DNA of 64,000 nucleotides from a bacterium (GTDB lineage: Bacteria; UBA8248; JACPRG01; G963555815): NCBI GenBank assembly GCA_965218795.1, contig OZ244653.1:4992001-5056000 (forward strand), in the 5' to 3' direction. Of this stretch, positions 44,934-55,280 are shown piece by piece. The notes beneath the pieces were generated by a model, which worked only from the letters and a program-made list of their open reading frames with translations, ran no database searches and had not been told where the DNA came from. The position numbers were made by a program, and so were the translations under genes. Each line of letters opens with the position of its first letter. Positions within the stretch are counted from its first letter, which is position 1.

Positions 44934-46133
44934 TCAGCCGGTCTGGGCCCGCCTCAGGTATTCACGGATCAAGCAGGAGAAAACGGCGACGCCGAACGGC
45001 AGGACGTCCTCATCGATGTCGAAACGCGGATGGTGAACGCTCTGTATGATGCCCCGCTCCTCGTTGCCGCATCCAAGACGGAAAAAGGCGCCCGGCACCT
45101 GTTCCAGGAAATAGGAGAAGTCCTCGGAGGCCATGATGGGAGGGATTTCCTGCACGGCTTCTTCATCCATGTCCGCCCCGAGGGTTTCTGCGAGGAAGGC
45201 CGTGCAGTCCGGATCGTTGATCATGACGGGATAACCTTCCTGGAGCTCGACCTCGGCCGTTGCGCCGAACCCGGCGGCCACCTGAACGGCCATGTCATGG
45301 ATGCGCGTCTTGGTGAGGTCGCGGATCTTCTGATCCAGCGTTCTCAAGGTTCCGATCATCCGCGCCGATCCCGGAATCACGTTGAAGGTATTCCCGGCCG
45401 TGAGGCTTCCGAAGCTCAAAACCGCGCTTTCCATCGGGTTGACGTTTCGGCTCACGATGGTCTGAAGCGCGGTGAGTACGTAGGACGCCGTCACAATCGG
45501 ATCGATGACCGTATCGGGACGCGCCGCGTGTCCCCCCTTGCCGATGATGGTGATCTCGACCCGGTCGAAGGCGGCCATGGCGTGCCCCGGTGTCAGCCCA
45601 ACGGTCCCGACCGGGAGAGAATGGACCATGTGCGCGCCGAAGATGGCGTCCACGGACGGGTCGGAAAGCGCGCCGTCTCGGATCATGGCCGCGGCGCCCG
45701 CCCGCCCCTCCTCCGCGGGCTGGAAGATGAACTTGACCTGGCCGGACAGGTCGCCGAGAAACTCGGGGTGCTCGGCCAGGAAACGGGCGGTTCCCAGAAT
45801 GATCGTCGTATGGGCGTCATGTCCGCAGGCGTGCATGACGCCCGGCCGCGTCGAAGCGTACGGGACGTCATTCTCTTCGTGAATGGGCAGGGCATCCATG
45901 TCGCCGCGGATGGCGACGGTGGGTCCCTTCGTATCGTCCCGAAGGAGGCCGACCACGCCGGTCTGACCCACCCCCGTACGATGGGGAAGGCCGAAGGATC
46001 GAAGATTTTGCGCCATCATCCCGGCCGTCCGGGTTTCCTCGAAGGCCAGCTCGGGGTGCATGTGCAGGTCTCGCCGGATTTCGACCAGCCAGGGCTTATA
46101 GGATTCGGTGATTTCGGAGAGGAGTTCTTTCAT
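44934..46133 (-). CDS. M20 amidohydrolase
   Basis: HPEL, RGDMDAL, MHACGHD, FQPAEE, EDF. Confidence 0.93.
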   Translation of the reverse strand: MKELLSEITESYKPWLVEIRRDLHMHPELAFEETRTAGMMAQNLRSFGLPHRTGVGQTGVVGLLRDDTKGPTVAIRGDMDALPIHEENDVPYASTRPGVMHACGHDAHTTIILGTARFLAEHPEFLGDLSGQVKFIFQPAEEGRAGAAAMIRDGALSDPSVDAIFGAHMVHSLPVGTVGLTPGHAMAAFDRVEITIIGKGGHAARPDTVIDPIVTASYVLTALQTIVSRNVNPMESAVLSFGSLTAGNTFNVIPGSARMIGTLRTLDQKIRDLTKTRIHDMAVQVAAGFGATAEVELQEGYPVMINDPDCTAFLAETLGADMDEEAVQEIPPIMASEDFSYFLEQVPGAFFRLGCGNEERGIIQSVHHPRFDIDEDVLPFGVAVFSCLIREYLRRAQTG

Positions 46134-46258
46134 CGATTGTTCCGATGACCAACCGAGAGAAGGGACCGAATGGACCTTCATGTCCGGCAGGACCTGACCG
46201 GCAACGGCGATGTCAGGGCATGATTCATGCCGGCCCGATCCGCCTTTCGGGGTTCGCC

Positions 46259-47113
46259 CTAACCCGCGCCGGTTGCCGCCAGGATGGCCCGTCGGCAGTG
46301 AACCCGGGCCAATTGTGCGCGGAATTCCCTTGAAGCAAACAGGTCTTCCAGGGGCTCGACGCCCTTGTCGACTTGATCCGCGGCGGCCCTCGCCCGATCT
46401 TCGTCAATCGCCCCGTCCTTCAGAGAATCCTCGACGCCCGAAGCTCGGTACGCCCGCCCGCTCAGGCCCGTGACGCCGACGCCCGCATCGATACACTGCC
46501 CGTTTTCCATTGCCAGCTGGACGGCGACGCCGACCACGGCAAACCCGGAGGCCCGCTGGGCGGCCTTGTGGTAGGCGCTGGCGTCGCTTGCGCAAGGGAT
46601 CCGGACTTCTTTCAGAATTTCATCCAGACCCAGCGAGGTCGCGTATGCATCCGAGAAGAACTCGTCGATTGGGATTTCCCGCTCGCCGCTGGGGCTCACC
46701 GCCGCGACCGTGGCCCCAAGCGCGATGACCGCAGCCGGGTAGTCCGCGGCCGGGTCCGCATGGGCCAGGCTTCCGCCGATCGTTCCCTTGTTCCTGACCT
46801 GGACGTCCCCGATTTGGGATGCGACCTCGGAGATCAACGGACAGCACCCCTTCAAGACGTCCGATGACTCGATGGCGTAGTGGGTCGTGCAGGCTCCGAT
46901 ACGGCAGACGTCTCCATCCTTTTGGATGTAGGCGAGGTCTTCGATACGGCCGATATCGATCAGAAACCCGGGCCGCGCAATTCGCGTTTTGAGAAGAGGG
47001 ATCAAGCTGTGCCCCCCCGACATGATCTTGGCTTCTTCGCCATGCTGGATAAGGAGTCCGATGGCCTCATCGATTGTTGCAGGAGCGTGGTATTCGAACT
47101 CGTTCGGGATCAT
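46259..47113 (-). CDS. coxM: CODH-like medium (FAD) subunit
   Basis: GGHSLIP, RNKGTIGGSLAHADPAAD. Confidence 0.85.
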   Translation of the reverse strand: MIPNEFEYHAPATIDEAIGLLIQHGEEAKIMSGGHSLIPLLKTRIARPGFLIDIGRIEDLAYIQKDGDVCRIGACTTHYAIESSDVLKGCCPLISEVASQIGDVQVRNKGTIGGSLAHADPAADYPAAVIALGATVAAVSPSGEREIPIDEFFSDAYATSLGLDEILKEVRIPCASDASAYHKAAQRASGFAVVGVAVQLAMENGQCIDAGVGVTGLSGRAYRASGVEDSLKDGAIDEDRARAAADQVDKGVEPLEDLFASREFRAQLARVHCRRAILAATGAG

Positions 47114-49458
47114 GGTCGCTCTCCTCTTGTCATCTGCCAGATCTTCTCGGCCCGAAGCGGCATGTCGATGTGCGTGACTCCCCACGGCGCCAGGGCATCG
47201 ACGACGGCGTTGACCAGAGCGGGGGTCGAGCCGATGGTTCCGGCTTCGCCGACCCCCTTGGCTCCGAGCGGATTCACGGGTGTCGGGGTCGTCGTCCGAG
47301 CCAGCTCGAACCACGGCATCTCCGTAGCCTTGGGAAGGGCGTAATACATGAACGACGTGTTGCGCGGCTGCCCGTCCTTGTCGTACACGAGCTCCTCATC
47401 GAGCGCCTGCCCCAGTCCCTGGGCGATCCCGCCATGGATCTGCCCGTCCACCAGCAGCGGGTTGATGACGTTTCCGACGTCGTCGACGGCGACGTAGCGG
47501 AGAATATGAACGTCCCCGGTCTCCGGATCGACCTCTACGACGCAAATGTGCGTACCGAACGGAAAGGTAAAGTTTTCCGGCTCAAAGTAATAGGTGGCCT
47601 CCAGCCCGGGCGTCTCCCCTTCAGGAAATTCGAATCCTCCAATGAGGGCGGGATGATACGCGCCGAGGGACACCGTCAAGAGGTCGACGCGCTTGTCCGG
47701 TGCGCCCTTGACGTAAAATCCCCCCCCTTCGAGGACCACGTCGGAGGGATCGCACTCCAGGTGGACGGCGGCGAACTTGCTGGCTTTTTCAATCACCTGA
47801 TCGCGGGCCACGAGAACGGCCGCGCCTCCGACGGCCGTGGCGCGGCTGCCGAACGTCCCGATCCCGTAATGAAGGACGTCGGTGTCTCCGTGAAGCACGA
47901 TGACATCGTCGATCGGTACTCCGAAGCCTTCAGCCACAATCTGGGCGAAGCTGGTCTCCTGTCCCTGTCCGTGCGGAGAAGTGCCGGTGATGACGGTGAT
48001 TGTACCCGTCGGCTGTATGCGGACCGTCGCGCACTCCCACCCACCCGCCGCCAATGCCGAGGAAGGGCCCATCCCGCAGATTTCGACGTAGGTGGATAGA
48101 CCGATGCCGATGTACCGGCCCTGCTTGCGGGCTTCCTCCTGTTCCTTCCGAAGCTCCGCATAGCCGACCTTCTCGATCGCATTGTCCAGGGCGAGGGCGT
48201 ATTTTCCGCTGTCGTAGACCATTGCGCTGGCTGATGTGAAAGGGAATTCATCCGGATTCGGGAAGTTCTTCCTGCGAATTTCGACGGGGTCCATTCCCAG
48301 CTCGCGGGCGGCGATATCCACAATTCGCTCGACGCAGAAGGTCGCTTCAGGTCGGCCCGCGCCCCGATACGCATCCGTTGCGATCTTGTTGGTGAAGGCC
48401 GCTCTCACCTGCACGTCCATGCTCGAAATTTTGTACGGCCCGGGCATCATGCCCCCGGTGAGACCGACGATGGCGGGGGTCAGCAATTGATGGTACGCCC
48501 CGATGTCCTGGATGACGTTGTATCGAATGGCCGTCATCGTCCCGTCGTTCATGAGGCCGAGCTCCACTTCGCCCACCTGACCCCGGCCGTGTATGGTCGC
48601 CAAGAAGTTTTCCGAACGGCTCTCGATCCACTTGACCGGCTTCCCGAGGGCCCGGCTGGCGAAGCCGACAAGCGCCTCTTCGCGGTAGACGTTCAGCTTG
48701 CATCCAAAGCCGCCGCCCACCTCGGGCGCGATGACACGGACCAAATGCTCGGGGATGCCCAACTGAAGCCCGATTTGGGTTTTCAGAATGTGGGGAATCT
48801 GGGTGGACGACCAGAGTGTGAGTTTCCCGGTTCCCTGGTCGAATTCCGCCAGGGCGCCCCGAGTCTCCATGGGGTTGGGAACGACCCGTCCGTGCACCAT
48901 CCTCTGGCGGACGATACGGTCGGCCTTCTTCATCGCCTCTTCAACCCCTTCCCCCATGGATTGGGTGAAAGCCACATTGTCCTCATACTCATCGTGGACC
49001 TTGGTACTCCCTGGCTCCAGGGCCTGTTCCGGGTCCACAACCGCCGGCAAGGGATCGTATTCAACGTGAATCCTGTCAGCCCCGTCCTGGGCGACGTACC
49101 GGTCCGCGGCCGCCACGGCGGCGATGGGTTCGCCCACGTACCGCACCGTGCCCTGCGCCAGGATTGGGTGATGGGGGATCTTCGCGCCTTCCGGAGCGCC
49201 TGCCGTCGGAACCGGACCGATGTCCCGGGTATCCTCGCCGGTCCAAACCGTCGCCACCCCCGAGAGCTCCAACGCGGCGCTCGTATCGACGGATTCCAGG
49301 CGGGCATGGGCGTGCGCGCTGCGGACGATGGCGATATGCAAACAACCCCGCGGTTCGAGATCATCGACGTAGCGGGCCAACCCCTGGATAAGACGGGGGT
49401 CCTCCCGGCGTTTGACTGGCTCGCCCACGAGCTTCGGAGGTTTCAGGGTTTCGGCCAT
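47110..49458 (-). CDS. coxL: Form II CODH-like large subunit
   Basis: AYRGAGR active-site loop, GGGFG, GAKGVGE; S-L-M order. Confidence 0.85.
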   Translation of the reverse strand: MAETLKPPKLVGEPVKRREDPRLIQGLARYVDDLEPRGCLHIAIVRSAHAHARLESVDTSAALELSGVATVWTGEDTRDIGPVPTAGAPEGAKIPHHPILAQGTVRYVGEPIAAVAAADRYVAQDGADRIHVEYDPLPAVVDPEQALEPGSTKVHDEYEDNVAFTQSMGEGVEEAMKKADRIVRQRMVHGRVVPNPMETRGALAEFDQGTGKLTLWSSTQIPHILKTQIGLQLGIPEHLVRVIAPEVGGGFGCKLNVYREEALVGFASRALGKPVKWIESRSENFLATIHGRGQVGEVELGLMNDGTMTAIRYNVIQDIGAYHQLLTPAIVGLTGGMMPGPYKISSMDVQVRAAFTNKIATDAYRGAGRPEATFCVERIVDIAARELGMDPVEIRRKNFPNPDEFPFTSASAMVYDSGKYALALDNAIEKVGYAELRKEQEEARKQGRYIGIGLSTYVEICGMGPSSALAAGGWECATVRIQPTGTITVITGTSPHGQGQETSFAQIVAEGFGVPIDDVIVLHGDTDVLHYGIGTFGSRATAVGGAAVLVARDQVIEKASKFAAVHLECDPSDVVLEGGGFYVKGAPDKRVDLLTVSLGAYHPALIGGFEFPEGETPGLEATYYFEPENFTFPFGTHICVVEVDPETGDVHILRYVAVDDVGNVINPLLVDGQIHGGIAQGLGQALDEELVYDKDGQPRNTSFMYYALPKATEMPWFELARTTTPTPVNPLGAKGVGEAGTIGSTPALVNAVVDALAPWGVTHIDMPLRAEKIWQMTRGERP

Positions 49459-49507
49459 GTGTCAACTCCTCCGTTATGGTGTGGAGGGGATCCGCGATTG
49501 AATTGAG

Positions 49508-49975
49508 TCAGTCCCCAGCCTTGGCCGCACCGCGGATGGCCTCGATGATGTGCTGATATCCGGTGCAGCGGCAGAGGTTTCCTTCAATTCCCCGCCGAAT
49601 CTCGTCGTCCGATGGACTGGGATTTCGGGACAGGAGTTGTTTTGCCGCCATCAGCATTCCGGGCGTGCAGTATCCGCATTGTAACCCGTGATGTTCCCAG
49701 AAGTTCTCCTGGACGGGATCCAGCGTCCCGTTGTCCGCCAATCCTTCGACGGTCGTAATCTCGGAGCCGTCGGCCTGGACGGCCAGCATGGTACACGATT
49801 TGACCGCCATTCCGTTTTGGAGAATGGTGCAGGCGCCGCAGATGCTGGTTTCGCACCCTACGTGGGTGCCGGTCAGTCCCAAGACGCCCCTCAGGTAGTG
49901 GACCAACAGGAGCCTGGGTTCGACCTCATGGCAGTGGGTTGTGCCGTTCACGGTCATTTGAACGGGTTGCTTCAT
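49508..49975 (-). CDS. coxS: CODH-like small (2Fe-2S) subunit
   Basis: CETSICGAC, HGLQCGYCTPG, CRCTGY. Confidence 0.88.
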   Translation of the reverse strand: MKQPVQMTVNGTTHCHEVEPRLLLVHYLRGVLGLTGTHVGCETSICGACTILQNGMAVKSCTMLAVQADGSEITTVEGLADNGTLDPVQENFWEHHGLQCGYCTPGMLMAAKQLLSRNPSPSDDEIRRGIEGNLCRCTGYQHIIEAIRGAAKAGD

Positions 49976-50221
49976 TTCTTTTCACCCCCAGGGCGAGTGA
50001 CGATGGTCGGGATGGCCGCCGCAGTCAAAGGGTCCGGCCAACCAACGGGCTGAGGCATGACAAGATTTGATGTCGAGAAGTATACCACACGGTTTTTGGG
50101 GATTCGCAGACAGGCTGCGTCTCCCGAAGAATGTGGAAAAGCGAATGGACCTGCAAGGCGCCATTTTCTCTTTCAGGTCGAGTCAGGGGAGATTCGGAAC
50201 GGATTCCGAGCCGGCGGGTGA

Positions 50222-50878
50222 TCAGGATTTCACCTGATACAGGCTTTCCCAGGCGGGGATCTGACGATCCGCCTTCCCGGTCGCTACTTCAATCACGATG
50301 TCCTGAAGTGTTCGGGTGGTTGCGTACTTTTCAATGACCAAGCGGTTCAGGTTCACGTGGAATGTCTCGTCCCGCCCGAAAACGGCATACATGTCCGCCA
50401 CCCTGCCGTACCCGAACTTGCGGCAGCCCTCTATCAGGACGTCATTGACGGCCAGGGCCGCGGACTCGCCGATGTAAGAACCCGAAAACCCGGCGAGAAA
50501 GTGCTTCCTCAGGTTCTCCAGCGTGACCTCGTGCCAGTTCTTCTCCTCTGGAAGCTGGGTGCCGGGTCCTCCGCTTTCGGGGTATTCCGCGCGAAGCCTT
50601 TCGATGGTGCGGGTGAAATCACGGAAATGCCGAACCTCGTCGTGAATGAATTTCCCTATGGCCACAAAGATGTCTCTGGGGATTTCCGGGCCCATCTGAA
50701 TAAAGGCCGAGGACATCAACTGGGCAATCTGAAGCTCGCGCAGATTCCTCTGGTCCATCCACCGCAGCATATTGTTGACGCCGGGCTCCTGCCGGAAAAA
50801 CGTCTGGACGCAATCCAGGGCGCCTCTGTTGAGCCGGTCCCTCTGTCGATTCAACTCTTCCAAAAAGGCTCGTGACAT
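50222..50878 (-). CDS. Ferritin-like di-iron protein (paralog of 8096-8770)
   Basis: RE...DEVRH...GE...DETFH. Confidence 0.72.
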   Translation of the reverse strand: MSRAFLEELNRQRDRLNRGALDCVQTFFRQEPGVNNMLRWMDQRNLRELQIAQLMSSAFIQMGPEIPRDIFVAIGKFIHDEVRHFRDFTRTIERLRAEYPESGGPGTQLPEEKNWHEVTLENLRKHFLAGFSGSYIGESAALAVNDVLIEGCRKFGYGRVADMYAVFGRDETFHVNLNRLVIEKYATTRTLQDIVIEVATGKADRQIPAWESLYQVKS

Positions 50879-50902
50879 CGCCTGGAAATTCCTTCGGATA
50901 AC

Positions 50903-50956
50903 AACCCGTCATTCCTGCGCAGGCCGGGGCAGGCTTTCCGCCGGAACGACGGGGTT
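50903..50956. repeat. Imperfect palindromic REP-like repeat
   Basis: AACCCGTCATTCCTGCGC...CCGCCGGAACGACGGGGTT; shares GTCATTCCTGCGCA with the 17545 copy. Confidence 0.5.
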
Positions 50957-51006
50957 CGGCCGGCTGGCGGCGCGAATCGGCGGATCTGCAGCCCTGCCCC
51001 AAACCA

Positions 51007-51810
51007 TCAGATCATCCATACCGCGATCGTGAGGCCGGAGAGAATCAACTGGAGTAGGATGAGTCCCACCAGTTTCGGCCGTTCTTCCCGAACGTAACGC
51101 TTCAGTGCGGCGTAAACCCCCTGCTTAACGGATTGTTGCAAAACCCTTGGCGATCGCTGGTATCGGGCGATCCATTTTCGTGCTCGGTGAAGCCCTGCAA
51201 AGAGTGTCCCGATGGCGGCGCACAACAGGAGAATCCGGTACACCGCCAACAGGTCGGTCTCGGTAAAACTCATAGGGAGCCGCAGAACCAGGGAAAGGCC
51301 CGTAATAATAATCGCGCCGATTACGGATGCCCATACCTTTTTGTAGTGGTTATTGAGCCCTGCCTGGGTCCACTTTTTCGTGACGTATTGAATGATCGGG
51401 CCGACGGGTGCCCATACGTTTTTGGAGTGGTTTTTGCTTTCTGCCGGGACCTTGGCTTCCGCGCGATCAACGACATATTGCTTGAGCGAGTCGGCCAGCA
51501 TCCGGACAGTAAAAAGAATGACGGCCACATCGTCGAGCAGGCCGCCCACTGGTATGACATCCGGTACCGCGTCCAACGGGGAAATGAGATACACGAGGGC
51601 ACCAATGGCTGCCGCCTTTTTCACCCATGGCACGTTCGGGTCCAAGGCGAATCGCCACAGCAATTGTACCTTGTCCCATATTTCCGTGATGGGACCCCTT
51701 TGCATGGAGCCGAGTTTCTTGTCAATCTTCTCGATGTCTTTTTGATCGGCCCGTTTCGTGTACTTCTCAAGTAACCGTTGGCGTAGTCGGCTTCTGCGCT
51801 CTTGATTCAA
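51007..51810 (-). CDS. YkvA/DUF1232 membrane protein with C-terminal extension
   Basis: 'ALVYLISPLDAVPDVIPVGGLLDD'. Confidence 0.8.
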   Translation of the reverse strand: MNQERRSRLRQRLLEKYTKRADQKDIEKIDKKLGSMQRGPITEIWDKVQLLWRFALDPNVPWVKKAAAIGALVYLISPLDAVPDVIPVGGLLDDVAVILFTVRMLADSLKQYVVDRAEAKVPAESKNHSKNVWAPVGPIIQYVTKKWTQAGLNNHYKKVWASVIGAIIITGLSLVLRLPMSFTETDLLAVYRILLLCAAIGTLFAGLHRARKWIARYQRSPRVLQQSVKQGVYAALKRYVREERPKLVGLILLQLILSGLTIAVWMI

Positions 51811-52313
51811 GATTGGCGCTCCTTCCGTACCCCCCGTACCCCTCGCTGTCTGCCCGTTCAGGTCGTTTCCTCACTTCCGCCACGATGGGATCGTCCTTCA
51901 TATATCACCCTCCAAAAGTTCCTCCGCATGCAGATGATCGCCGGCTCATAACCTGAATCGTACCCGCGTTCGTGCTGATCAGGAATTTCCCATCCTCCCG
52001 AGGTAACAAATGTGACGGATCAATTGGCCTCCGTTTTTCCGGGTGACCGAAAATCGGCGCATGCGGGGCTCCGCCAGAAAGCTGTCGATGAACGCTTTGT
52101 CTCCCAATGGTTTCCCCTTCACTGATTGAAAATGGGTCCTTGAACGGGTCAGGGATTGATTTTCTCTCTACATGTTGCTCGATTTTTTGTACGCTTTTGA
52201 TTGACGGTGCTCTGTCCACGGACGACCTCGGCCTCCTTAAGGAGTTCCGGGGATTTCCGGAGCCGGAGGTCGAGAATCCCGGCCCGAACGCAGGTTTCGC
52301 GGAGCGCCCGGGG

Positions 52314-53468
52314 TTATGCGGAAGCCGGCGGGATCGGGTGTTTGAGCCGGGAGCGTTCGGTCATCCGCCGGACGACCTCGGCCGGGTCTTGAGTTTGATG
52401 ATAGATCTGAAGCTGCCGTTCGGCCCAGGTTGGCCGGGTGGTCATCTCAAGCACATTTTCCAGATAATTTTGACAGCCCAGCCGTTCTGCGAGGGGTCTC
52501 AGTTCCTCCACCATTGCATGAAGGGCCTCCCGGACCGGTTGGACATGGTACGTGTCGAAATCCACAAGCTGCGCGTTGAGACCGTATCTTGCCCCCCGCC
52601 ATTTGTTCTGTCCGATGATCATCGGATGACACCCATGGAGATACGTCCCATGGTCGATTTCGTCTGAGAGATACTGAACCAGACACTGGATCACGGCGGC
52701 GAGGGAGAGACAATCGGAAAAAGAGCCCGGTACATCGCAGATCCGGACTTCGACGGTGCCGAACTTGTGGTGCGGCCGGACGTCCCACCAAATCTCACGA
52801 ATCGTTTCGATGTAGCCGGTGTCTATCAGGTGGTTCACCAGCCAGACGTACTCGCTCCAGTTTCGCATGAGGGGCGGAAGACCGGCGGTCGGAAGGCCGG
52901 CCATCACCTTGGACCGCCACGAGTATAGCCCTGTGACCCGGCCCTCCCAAAAGGGACTGTTGCAGCTGATGGCCAGGAGAATCGGCAGGTGGCGGGAAAT
53001 GCGGTCGCAAATCATGACCGCCTTGTCCCCGCTGTCCACTCCCACGTGGACGTGCAGACCGGCCGTCATGAGCTGGCGGGCGGTATCCTGAAGAAGATTG
53101 ACAAGGCCTTGATACCGTTCCTGTTCTGTAATCCGTTGCTCCTGCCAGCTCGAAAACGGATGGCTTCCCGACCAGAACAGCTTCAGATTCGACTTGTCGG
53201 CGATGTCTTCCAGGGCCAAAAGCTTCTGGCGAATATCCACCTCCGCTTCCGCAACGGTGGAGCAGACGTTGGAATTGATTTCCACATAGCACTGCATCAA
53301 CTCCGGTTTGACAAAATCCTCAATGTGGGACGGGACCTGCTCCAATACCCGATCATTGGCGCTGGCGAGCGCGAGAGAATCCGTGTCGACAAGTGCCAAC
53401 TCGATCTCGACCCCAAGTGTAGGAGCCGTGCTGGAAGTGAACTCAAAGCGTCCCATGGGCTGCTTCAC
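52314..53468 (-). CDS. ybdK: YbdK-family carboxylate-amine ligase (GCS2)
   Basis: TLGVEIEL, GLHVHVG, WWDVRP, TVEVRICD. Confidence 0.88.
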   Translation of the reverse strand: MKQPMGRFEFTSSTAPTLGVEIELALVDTDSLALASANDRVLEQVPSHIEDFVKPELMQCYVEINSNVCSTVAEAEVDIRQKLLALEDIADKSNLKLFWSGSHPFSSWQEQRITEQERYQGLVNLLQDTARQLMTAGLHVHVGVDSGDKAVMICDRISRHLPILLAISCNSPFWEGRVTGLYSWRSKVMAGLPTAGLPPLMRNWSEYVWLVNHLIDTGYIETIREIWWDVRPHHKFGTVEVRICDVPGSFSDCLSLAAVIQCLVQYLSDEIDHGTYLHGCHPMIIGQNKWRGARYGLNAQLVDFDTYHVQPVREALHAMVEELRPLAERLGCQNYLENVLEMTTRPTWAERQLQIYHQTQDPAEVVRRMTERSRLKHPIPPASA

Positions 53469-53742
53469 GAAATTGCATATTTCAAGCCGATCCGGTTGCG
53501 AAAGAATCTCCCTTGCAAGGAAAAGGCATGTTCTCGATTCCTTGTCGGGTCATTCCGATTTGCGAATAATTCGTTTTCCGGCAATCTCCTCATCCCAACG
53601 ATCATGGTGAGCAATCGAAGTTATCCTGATGCACGGCGCCAAGTCAAAACATTTGGAATTGATTCGGAGCGGCCGTCGCTCAGTATTGAGCGGGATCCAC
53701 CCTATAAGGCAGCTATCGAAAAAGGGCGGAAGACAGAAAAAT

Positions 53743-53839
53743 TGGCGGAAGCGCGTGGGAGTCGAACCCACCCACCGGGGTTTAGACCGGTACACTGGGT
53801 TTGAAGCCCAGGAGGGACACCGGAACCCTATGCGCTTCC
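53743..53839 (-). tRNA. selC: tRNA-Sec (TCA)
   Basis: 97 nt, 8-bp acceptor GGAAGCGC/GCGCTTCC, anticodon loop CTTCAAA, long variable arm, GCCA end. Confidence 0.93.
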
Positions 53840-54117
53840 TCAATGTGACGCCGGGACGCCTGAATCCAAGCACGCACGGATTCCCGTGCGGACCCGTGGA
53901 TTCGAGTTTCGGCGGTTTCATAGACAATAGCTACTTAGCACACGCCTTCGGACCTGTCGAGGAGGCCGGCCCGGATTCTGAGGAGCCCCAGTGATTTGGG
54001 CGACCGCCACCCTCTCACACCGCAAAACGGTCGAAGGTTCCCGGAAATTCCTGACAATCTGGAAATTCTTGCCCCCGGGCCTTGGCGGCCCCGTCGATTG
54101 AGTGGTTCACCGATTGC

Positions 54118-54942
54118 GGTCTGTTAACACTAGTGATGTGAGAAATGGTTGAGATCATGTTATCCTTTGCGGATGGAAATCACCCAAGCTCAGTACGAAC
54201 GCATTGCACCCTCCCTGCCGGTGCAACGCGGCAACGTCAGCCTGTCGAACCTGCAAGTGCTCAACGCCATCCTGTACGTCGCCGAGCATGGCTGCAAGTG
54301 GCGGGGGCTGCCGACCCGGTTCGGCAACTGGCACACCATCTACACCCGGATGAACCGCTGGTCCAAGAACGGGGTGCTCGACCGGGTCTTCGAGCAGTTG
54401 CAGCGGGAACGGATCGTGCGCATCAAGCTCGAAGCGGTGTCGCTGGACAGCACCCTCGTCAAGGTCCATCCCGATGGAACCGGGGCGCTACAAAAAACGG
54501 CCCCCAGTCCATCGGCAAGTCGCGGGGCGGCTGGACCACCAAGATTCATCTGGTTGCCGCGGATGCTCGAACGGCCTTGACGTTCTCGCTGTCGCCCGGA
54601 CAGGCACACGATGCGCCGGAAGGGCGCAAGCTGCTGAACCGCCTGGGTCGGCGGTCGGGCAACCCGTCCCTGGTGATGGATCGCGCATACGAGGGCAGCG
54701 AGACACGCCAACTGGCCTTGGCGCTGGGGTACACGCCCGTGGTTCCGCCTCTTAGGACCCGGCACGATCCCTGGGCATACGACCGGGAGACGTACAAGAG
54801 GCGCAACGAGATCGAGCGTCTGTTCCGGCGATTGAAGGGCTTCCGCCGGATCTTTACCCGCTTCGAGAAACTCGACGCCCTGTACCTCGGCTTCATCCTG
54901 TTCGCGCTCATCGTCGATGCACTGCGCTAGGGTTAACAGGCC
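54118..54942 (+). mobile_element. IS5-family element, two-ORF frameshift type
   Basis: IRs GGTCTGTTAACACTAG / CTAGGGTTAACAGGCC; ORF from 54173, A6 slip site near 54492, second frame ends 54930; 'YKRRNEIERLF'. Confidence 0.88.
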
Positions 54943-55280
54943 CTAGTCGTACATGTAAAAGAACCTTTTCAATCGATCGTTTCGAATCGCCCATTTACGC
55001 TTGAGTGATAGTCTATTATAATTCCTTTGCGAATCGACGCTCAACGCTCAGAGAAGTCGCAAGCGGATTAGGCGTTCCAATTGGAGAGCTTGTGGATGGG
55101 CCTATAGAGACACAGAAGGTAGAGTTCGCAACTAAATCGAAAGCGTATAATACCTCTTGAAGGCGATGGATGAGCACCTCATCTTTGACGTGGGAACCAA
55201 GCGCGGGGCGATAGATTTCGACGAGCAAACGCCCGCCGCCGAAGCCCTTCCAAGCGAATAAAGCACCGATTAGGTATGCG

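Noticed and set aside
51905-52219. 104-aa ORF between DUF1232 and ybdK
   Set aside because: No SD or domain recognisable
54950-55280. Short low-GC frames upstream of the SGNH gene
   Set aside because: Fragmentary, cannot be assigned
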